32,000 nt of DNA from Promethearchaeum syntrophicum (lineage in GTDB: Archaea; Asgardarchaeota; Lokiarchaeia; Sigyniarchaeales; Promethearchaeaceae). Position 1 is the first letter of the stretch; each line of letters opens with the position of its first letter. Both the position numbers and the translations under genes were made by a program. Below are positions 27,101 through 32,000 of the stretch, one piece after another. The notes under the pieces were generated by a model. It was not told where the DNA came from. It did no database searches and saw only the letters and a program-made list of their open reading frames with translations. The stretch is from the NCBI RefSeq assembly GCF_008000775.2, contig NZ_CP042905.2, forward strand, positions 2,790,001-2,822,000, read 5' to 3'.

Positions 27101-27287
27101 ATTAATTAGTGCACCTAGTGGATATGATGTAGGGAATGTGTTTGATGGTCTTCCTGTTGAAGATATTCACGGGCTCCAAGGATCTGGATTTGAGATTCCA
27201 GGATATTCAGGTGCGTTTTTAGTTATTGCGAGTGTATTTGGAATTTTTAGTTTATTAGCTTTAATTTCAAATCGACGTAGATTTTAA
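24168..27287 (+). CDS. Large acidic secreted/surface protein with PPC-like domain and PGF-CTERM-like anchor
   Basis: Signal-like N-terminus MKKKTFTIFILMVLTFSMAFSS starts from ATG 24168, with GGGAG upstream; the track's TTG at 24117 is unlikely. The body is rich in D/E/Y/W/N. The segment FDYYSFYAYNGDNINVDAW...GYYMIGFTS...YDFQISI resembles a pre-peptidase C-terminal (PPC) domain. The C-terminus is PGYSGAFLVIASVFGIFSLLALISNRRRF. Confidence 0.8.
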   Translation: MKKKTFTIFILMVLTFSMAFSSYTPKNNAVENSIEPISADPPTGAILIVDDALYYNVVMEGYDEMDDRYYEDNAVVKLVVNATGVDYITYMPYFYKFDGTNWAWEEDPSEDEDPHMKDDYNYLAYNHSWSVATDVGEMYDVNQTEDIEGKFASDMNSSVVTADFSTGADTYHNITLSCDRDDNSSTPVFVEWIGNKTTGLCVSYTETGIDDNITAELCGYEIVDSLSTGLLTVPTSFGFAEGDWIDYFVPENERYDEPPSSSGDASFDDWLERGNDDWTTAFHLNDEFEVPGHWHELSLHNNFDYYSFYAYNGDNINVDAWCEDGADITLEEIDSGNGNIIQYDHEDGDSDGEMHISWTATFDGYYMIGFTSQSGPFDDRYDFQISIDGDGGPAYFPEDGSDHHDGPESMFIHQTIEYLYTNPLGEEVLIVKSEGHKDADMMDTPLFVDYREQGRIDPDNINIIDGPYFHKDLDMNHPDFKTSMQDLLSEDGTSTSTFYNTTNWVELTGVTDEGADFYFFVERFPDHNYGAIQYYEQSEFNTTEDYFIKKDKNIAIDSSISGLINDTVGPELGVAVGDYWTYLAQESGYENSWDEYGGYDRSYDNLHYVTITVTHIFHANRTVVAVIGEMEHWSNDDPDYPDRREFQPILVWDTEDPMSFFTYGGHGQMQDGPPFLLPAGVDWSLHESEFGTLMEEANTYKINIDPNSIRVSWEGDPESEYYESGRVFLDVNSDGVVTHISQDSEERKPDYKRRNRLEGFATYISTGCAEILASTVTEVVTGDQFIWENQRYSPAGSWGSDDPGSDPNNYTHIRDNILTVEETCGEFIVFIGAREYRNWDQTDYHGNTWKYWDEALGDYVDTEINQWLLGSIQDANIWSWMNSQYFDIGLANFSGYEIELAELLNFAIDDIPDGYSIHPTDITVDGLTFELLFNYEESPGVTISHVMKFAVNNKGIMQEMFMGIKDSADNWLEWEYTVLISAPSGYDVGNVFDGLPVEDIHGLQGSGFEIPGYSGAFLVIASVFGIFSLLALISNRRRF

Positions 27288-27297
27288 TTCTAAAAAT

Positions 27298-28668
27298 CTA
27301 TATTTTTTTTTTCTTTTCATTTGGTTCTACTATTTCTTTTAAATCAATTTCTTTTATTCCATTATTTCTTTCATGTAATTCTTTGGTTCTTAGTTTCAAT
27401 ATTCTTTGAATCCTTGCTACATCAGAATTTATGAATTTTAGGGCTAAAATCCATAGAAATGCCCCAGGAATTCCTAATAGTAACGTGATCCATGCTGCTT
27501 CAAAATAATTCCCTTCATTCACACTTAAAATATATCCTGCAATAACAGGGCCTAAGCCATTCGCAATGGTTTCCAGAAATTGTCCCCATGAAGAGACTGT
27601 TCCTTGTGCTTCTGGCAAATTTATGGCTTGAATAATAGGGTTTTGGTTCACATTATAGATACCAAGTACGGCGCGAATCGTAAAGATAATCAATCCAAAC
27701 ATCCAACCAGATGGATAAGAGAATAAAAGAATGATATTATTGCCTTCTTCAGGAGTGAGAGGTTGTAATGGGATTACGAATACTAAAACAATTGAAATAA
27801 ATAAGGTAATTATCGAGAAGATAATTAAGATGACTCTCCATTTGATATTTCTTTTGCCAAAGGTATCGGAGATTTTTCCAAACACAATGCCTCCAAAAAT
27901 AGCGCCAGGCATTCCAAAAATAATCATTAGAATTCCGTTTGCAATGGGTGAAATATTATAGGGTTCACTCTGAAGGTAGGGATATATCATATATAGAGCG
28001 ATTGCAAATATTAACCAAGTAAAAATACCCTCAATGAAAGCGATTATATTTGTGGGGGAAAATATTGTTGATTTTACCGTTTTTGCATTTAATTGGTATT
28101 CATAAACAATATCGGTGGAATTAAGTAAATTTGACAAATCTTTTTGAGAATTTTGCCCTCTTTTTGGTTCTTTTAAGTATATCCATAAGATAATCATGAT
28201 GATGAATAAAATGCTTCCAGCAATCCAGAAATATAATTTCCAATAGCCAAATTGGAACAGAATGGCACTCAAAATCGTACCAAATGTTGCCCCAACCTGT
28301 CGACTTGATTCTTGGATCCCAAAAAACCGAGATCGTTTTTCTTTGGATAATGCATCATTTGTATAGGAAAGAATGATCGGTTCAATGCCACCTAAACCCA
28401 ATCCAGTTAAGCTAAAACAGAATAGAAAATAACCATAGCTAATGGGCTCTCCCATTGGGGCAAAGGCATTCAAAAATCGTCCGGCAGCAATTAAAAAAAC
28501 CATGATTAGAAGTAAAAATTTCCTTGAAAACTTATCAGCTAATCTACCAATCAACAACCCCGAAACTGCCATGCCCCATGTTCTTGTTCCAATTAAGATC
28601 CCCATTTCAAGCGGATAAAAAGTTTGATCTTGCCAAATTATATCAGATAGTACCAACATATTAAGCAT
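27298..28668 (-). CDS. MFS transporter (N-terminus unresolved; TM1 is encoded upstream of the first in-frame start)
   Basis: Motif A LIGRLADKFSRKF and more than 10 hydrophobic helices. The in-frame sequence upstream of 28668 encodes a TM1-like PFIVWPIYILRFLIAIAVAGI but contains no ATG, GTG or TTG. Confidence 0.75.
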   Translation of the reverse strand: MLNMLVLSDIIWQDQTFYPLEMGILIGTRTWGMAVSGLLIGRLADKFSRKFLLLIMVFLIAAGRFLNAFAPMGEPISYGYFLFCFSLTGLGLGGIEPIILSYTNDALSKEKRSRFFGIQESSRQVGATFGTILSAILFQFGYWKLYFWIAGSILFIIMIILWIYLKEPKRGQNSQKDLSNLLNSTDIVYEYQLNAKTVKSTIFSPTNIIAFIEGIFTWLIFAIALYMIYPYLQSEPYNISPIANGILMIIFGMPGAIFGGIVFGKISDTFGKRNIKWRVILIIFSIITLFISIVLVFVIPLQPLTPEEGNNIILLFSYPSGWMFGLIIFTIRAVLGIYNVNQNPIIQAINLPEAQGTVSSWGQFLETIANGLGPVIAGYILSVNEGNYFEAAWITLLLGIPGAFLWILALKFINSDVARIQRILKLRTKELHERNNGIKEIDLKEIVEPNEKKKKI

Positions 28669-28923
28669 TATGCCGGCAACCGCGATTGCGATAAGAAAAC
28701 GAAGAATATATATCGGCCATACAATAAAAGGGGTTTCTTTTGCTGAGGTGTCTGATTCATTTATTTTATGAGGGGTTGATTTTTTAATAAGTATAAAGCA
28801 CCAAGTTAAAGTAGTAAAAAGATTTGGGAGATATTTACTTAAATCTAGACAAGGTTAAAAGAATTTTTTTCATTGAATCATAAAAAAAAAATTTACATTC
28901 ATAATCTAAATTACGTTTGTGAA

Positions 28924-30135
28924 TTACCTAAGAAAACGATTTAGAAATACTGCCCATTCTTTAACAATGGGCATATGATCTTGATCTTTGTCCTTGAAGA
29001 AAGTCGAGATTACATAATTATAATGCGCAACTGTTTTAGGATTCGTAGTTATAAAATAAGTAGCACCAGTATCACGAACTTCTTTAACAAAATCAATCCA
29101 CATTTGCTCCGTTTCTTTAGTTATTTTGATATAAGGTGTACAACCAAAATCAAAGGAATAATCCCGATTATTTTGCATCTCAATTAGTTTAACTCCTTTC
29201 AAACTTTCAAGAATGAATCTTGGAGCATCATAAATCTTACCCCCCATTCGTCCTATTTTGCTAGAATCATGATAAGTAAAACGAACATCAACGGGAAAAT
29301 TAATTATGGATTTTTTGATGAAATTTTTTTCCAATAGAAACTCACTTAAATGATATACTTCAAAATCAAAGTCAGGAATAACGCGCGGATAATCATACTT
29401 CCAAGTTCGATAGGCCTCATCATTTTCAATAACTATAGTTTTTACTTTTGCTTTCCGATAAGTTTTAACATTGTATTCAGCTAGCGCTTTAAATGTATCA
29501 AAATCACCAATCCATAAATCGTCATGACCGCTGCCTTTTAAATTAATAACAACGGGCTTAATATCAAGATGATTCAGAATTTTAACAACTGCTAGTGGAA
29601 TTTGATCGATTTGGTCACTGATTATGGGATAATTCTTTTGGAGCTGAGGTAGGTCATCAATAAAATATGCGATTTCCCCAGTTTTTACAATTTTAAAATC
29701 AGGTTTATTCTTAAAATAGTGAAGGACACCAATTTTAGAAAGCGATTTCTTACTGGTTTCATTATCAGATTTATTTTGCAGAATAGTCCCACAACCGGGT
29801 TTTTCAGGTTTACCTTTTACCGAAATATCGTGCTTAAACGCAAACTGGCGTAATTCTCGAACTAAATATGCCATATTCATACCAAGCTCTTCTCCCTTAC
29901 TATGGTTACTATGAGTCGGACAATCTACCATACACCGATTACATGCGATACAGTTAAAAATGGGGTGACGTTGTAGAACTTCTTCAAGAGATTCACTATT
30001 CATCTCTAAATCGCGAAGCAATCCAAGAGGATTAAATAATCCAGTTAAATGGGTTGGGCAACTTAAATTGCATTGTCCACAGTTTTTGCATGCAGAAATA
30101 TATTCATTAATTGCCGAATTGAATGTAGTAAGCAT
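28924..30135 (-). CDS. HdrD/GlpC-like Fe-S protein (2x[4Fe-4S] N-domain plus two CCG-like modules lacking the Cys motifs)
   Basis: CKNCGQCNLSCP and CIACNRCMVDCP are at the N-terminus. Downstream, IAYFIDD...GSGHDD...IENDEAY and FTYHDSS...SFDFGC...ITTNPKT are laid out like CCG domains. Confidence 0.65.
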   Translation of the reverse strand: MLTTFNSAINEYISACKNCGQCNLSCPTHLTGLFNPLGLLRDLEMNSESLEEVLQRHPIFNCIACNRCMVDCPTHSNHSKGEELGMNMAYLVRELRQFAFKHDISVKGKPEKPGCGTILQNKSDNETSKKSLSKIGVLHYFKNKPDFKIVKTGEIAYFIDDLPQLQKNYPIISDQIDQIPLAVVKILNHLDIKPVVINLKGSGHDDLWIGDFDTFKALAEYNVKTYRKAKVKTIVIENDEAYRTWKYDYPRVIPDFDFEVYHLSEFLLEKNFIKKSIINFPVDVRFTYHDSSKIGRMGGKIYDAPRFILESLKGVKLIEMQNNRDYSFDFGCTPYIKITKETEQMWIDFVKEVRDTGATYFITTNPKTVAHYNYVISTFFKDKDQDHMPIVKEWAVFLNRFLR

Positions 30136-30391
30136 TGTGAAATTAAGTAAAATGGGAATACATAAAGGTTATCCTTGCAAAATCACTGAATTAAATTTAT
30201 TTCGTAAAATTTTCCCTAATGAAATCAAAAATCTCTATATAATGAATTATAAATAATTATTCCTAATATATGATGAATTTTACTAAAATGAACAAAATTT
30301 CACAAAAACAATAAAAAATCCAAAACCTCTTAAAGGAGATTTTCTTAAAAAAAGTTCGACATAAATTCAATCGAAATCATGATGATTTAAC

Positions 30392-31078
30392 TTGCTAAAT
30401 CGAATAGATCTGAAGGGGTTTAAAAAGGTTCAAGATGAATACAGAAAAGATCGCTCTAAATGTAAGAAAACATTGGAAGTTAAAGGAAGATGGAAATTAG
30501 ATGTACAATATGGTCCACAATTTGAGATAAAACTGGCCACAGAAAGAGCAGGGATCATTACTGTACAAACTGATGAAACCATCATCCTTGGAGGAGGAGG
30601 AACAGCAGTACACCCAGTTCATTATTGTATGGTCGGTTTTTGTGGTTGCTTCTCAGCAGCATTTGCTAAATGGGCAGCAATGGCAGATATAGAATTAAAA
30701 AAATTAGACATTAGAATTATTGCAGACATAGATTTAACAACGGGATTTGGAATTGAGGATGGTATTGATGCTGTTAATGATTATAAACTTGAAATATATA
30801 TTGAAAGCGATGCAAGTGAAGATGAATTAAATAAAGTTCTGGAGTACACAAAAAAAAGATGTTTTTGTATGTATTGTATCACGACACCAATAGAACCTAA
30901 AATTGAGATGATAATAGAAACACCTGAAGAAGAGATAGAAGATGCCGTCTTTATTTGTCCTAATTGTTTCAAGTATACAATGGTATTTTTAGATGATAAC
31001 ACTCAGAAATGTTCGAATTGCAATACTATTGGCTATTTTACTCGACCACCCGAATCAGAAGAATCATCTAAGAAATAA
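30392..31078 (+). CDS. OsmC-like protein fused to a C-terminal zinc ribbon
   Basis: ILGGGGTAVHPVHYCMVGFCGCFSAAFAKWAA is an OsmC/Ohr-like core. The C-terminus is CPNCFKYTMVFLDDNTQKCSNC. TTG is the only available start, because in-frame stops lie immediately upstream. Confidence 0.65.
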   Translation: MLNRIDLKGFKKVQDEYRKDRSKCKKTLEVKGRWKLDVQYGPQFEIKLATERAGIITVQTDETIILGGGGTAVHPVHYCMVGFCGCFSAAFAKWAAMADIELKKLDIRIIADIDLTTGFGIEDGIDAVNDYKLEIYIESDASEDELNKVLEYTKKRCFCMYCITTPIEPKIEMIIETPEEEIEDAVFICPNCFKYTMVFLDDNTQKCSNCNTIGYFTRPPESEESSKK

Positions 31079-31124
31079 AAAAGCACATTAGAAAGGAGCA
31101 TTATAATATCAAGAAGTGAAACAA

Positions 31125-31334
31125 ATGAATGAAGAATGGCCTTATGTAACTAATAAAGATCAATACGTTATGGATTTAGAAAAAGATTTAAAGAAAACTA
31201 AGAATCAATTATATCAGACTTTAATAAATGCAAATAAAACAGTTAACGAAATTCAAGAAGTTCAGGAGAAATTGAATCGATGTCAAATTGAAAATGCAAA
31301 ATTAAAGCATCAAATTGAAGATTTATCTAAATAA
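31125..31334 (+). CDS. Small coiled-coil protein (69 aa)
   Basis: Heptad-like DLEKDLKKTKNQLYQTL...EIQEVQEKLNRCQIENAKLKHQIEDL. It lies 34 nt upstream of the GTPase gene on the same strand. Confidence 0.45.
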   Translation: MNEEWPYVTNKDQYVMDLEKDLKKTKNQLYQTLINANKTVNEIQEVQEKLNRCQIENAKLKHQIEDLSK

Positions 31335-31368
31335 TTTTAATTGAAAAAAAAGGCATGGTTTAAACCCA

Positions 31369-31920
31369 ATGAATGATACTCAAATAGATTTTATCTTTAA
31401 AATAACAGTAATTGGAGATAGTGGTGTAGGAAAAACATCGTTAATTAAACAATATACTCAGAGTTCATTTGAAAATGATTATATTTCTACAATTGGGGCC
31501 CAATTTTCTATATATAATGAAGAGATAGATGGGGGTAAATTTAAGTTATTTTTATGGGATATCGCTGGTGAAAAGGATTTTAAATTCCTACGCGCTCAGT
31601 TTTATACAAAAAGTAAAGCCGCAATTATTGTTTATTCTCTCGAGGAAAATGATCATGGAAGAAAAAGCTTCAAGCACATAATTGAATGGTATAAGGATAT
31701 TAAAGAATATTGCGGAGAAATTCCCGTTATCATTTTTGCTAATAAAGTTGATTTAATTGATGAAAGAAATTTCGATGATACGGAGGTACAGAAATTAGTT
31801 AAGGAAAATAACTTTTTAGGAATTTATTATACTTCCGCGAAAACTGGTAAGAAGGTAACTGAAGCTTTCCAATACATAATTAAATTTCTTTATAATCAGG
31901 CTAAGAATAAGATTTATTAA
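31369..31920 (+). CDS. Rab/Ras-like small GTPase
   Basis: G1 GDSGVGKTS, switch-I YISTIG, G3 WDIAGE, G4 NKVD and G5 TSAK. It is 183 aa with no C-terminal Cys lipidation motif. Confidence 0.85.
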   Translation: MNDTQIDFIFKITVIGDSGVGKTSLIKQYTQSSFENDYISTIGAQFSIYNEEIDGGKFKLFLWDIAGEKDFKFLRAQFYTKSKAAIIVYSLEENDHGRKSFKHIIEWYKDIKEYCGEIPVIIFANKVDLIDERNFDDTEVQKLVKENNFLGIYYTSAKTGKKVTEAFQYIIKFLYNQAKNKIY

Positions 31921-32000
31921 AAAATTTTTACAATAATACAAAGGTTTTGAATTAAATTATCTGAATTGCTTTTTTTTCATCGAGAACAGCAGAATGATTG

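Noticed and set aside
295-31002. Short track ORFs nested in or antisense to longer genes: 295-504, 1654-1872, 3915-4097, 4742-4984, 5509-5778, 6265-6486, 7929-8180, 8767-8961, 9714-9911, 11818-12060, 12489-12890, 12975-13175, 13653-13847, 14968-15156, 15246-15533, 16547-16741, 17146-17430, 18168-18425, 18652-18900, 21093-21287, 24279-24512, 24805-25098, 26020-26247, 26293-26490, 26565-26765, 27731-27961, 28975-29187, 30068-30256 and 30781-31002.
   Set aside because: Each overlaps a longer ORF that carries clear family motifs. Their translations are low-complexity (I/F/L/K/N-rich), as expected from alternative frames of AT-rich DNA, and none has a recognisable RBS or motif.
1-32000. Searched by eye for rRNA, tRNA (GTTCGAATC-like T-arms), CRISPR repeat-spacer periodicity, and transposase, integrase or terminal inverted repeats.
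   Set aside because: I found none. The only sizeable repeat is the 663-bp tandem gene duplication at 7205-8380.

Overview
The window is visibly AT-rich and densely coding, and it looks archaeal. It has oligo-T runs after genes, TATA-like boxes about 25-35 nt upstream of several ATGs, and GGAGG/GAGGGG-type ribosome-binding sites. I support 35 protein-coding genes. I saw no rRNA, tRNA, CRISPR array, transposase or integrase. All functional calls come from motifs read in the ORF translations, because no database search was possible.

Recognisable genes:
- vapBC-like RHH/PIN pair
- QueG/reductive-dehalogenase-like Fe-S protein
- stand-alone Smr domain
- TrpB2-type PLP enzyme
- MutY-like glycosylase
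- two GNAT acetyltransferases
- peptidase T
- nitroreductase
- ABC ATPase and permease with an ArsR-type regulator
- two MFS transporters
- HdrD/GlpC-like Fe-S protein
- OsmC-zinc-ribbon fusion
- Rab/Ras-like small GTPase

The small GTPase, the TM2-domain protein and the overall gene style suggest an Asgard (Loki-type) archaeon. This is inference only.

Most interesting candidates, in order:
1. An orphan three-gene minus-strand cassette (10486-12006): an unknown 198-aa protein, an RHH protein, and a 176-aa protein with a MazF-like motif order but an SQSCD motif. It is flanked by unusually long non-coding DNA and may be a new toxin-antitoxin or defence-type module.
2. A translationally coupled pair of paralogous coiled-coil proteins with C-terminal winged-helix modules (2174-3654).
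3. A 663-bp tandem duplication of a small membrane-protein gene. Its ends are near-identical, its interior has diverged, and copy A carries a TTA-to-TAA nonsense change.
4. Two TTGCA-N5-TGCAA palindromes upstream of the ABC/ArsR cluster.
5. A 1039-aa acidic surface protein with a PPC-like domain and a PGF-CTERM-like tail.
6. An HdrD-like protein whose CCG cysteine motifs appear degenerate.
7. A small GTPase with Glu in place of the catalytic Gln.
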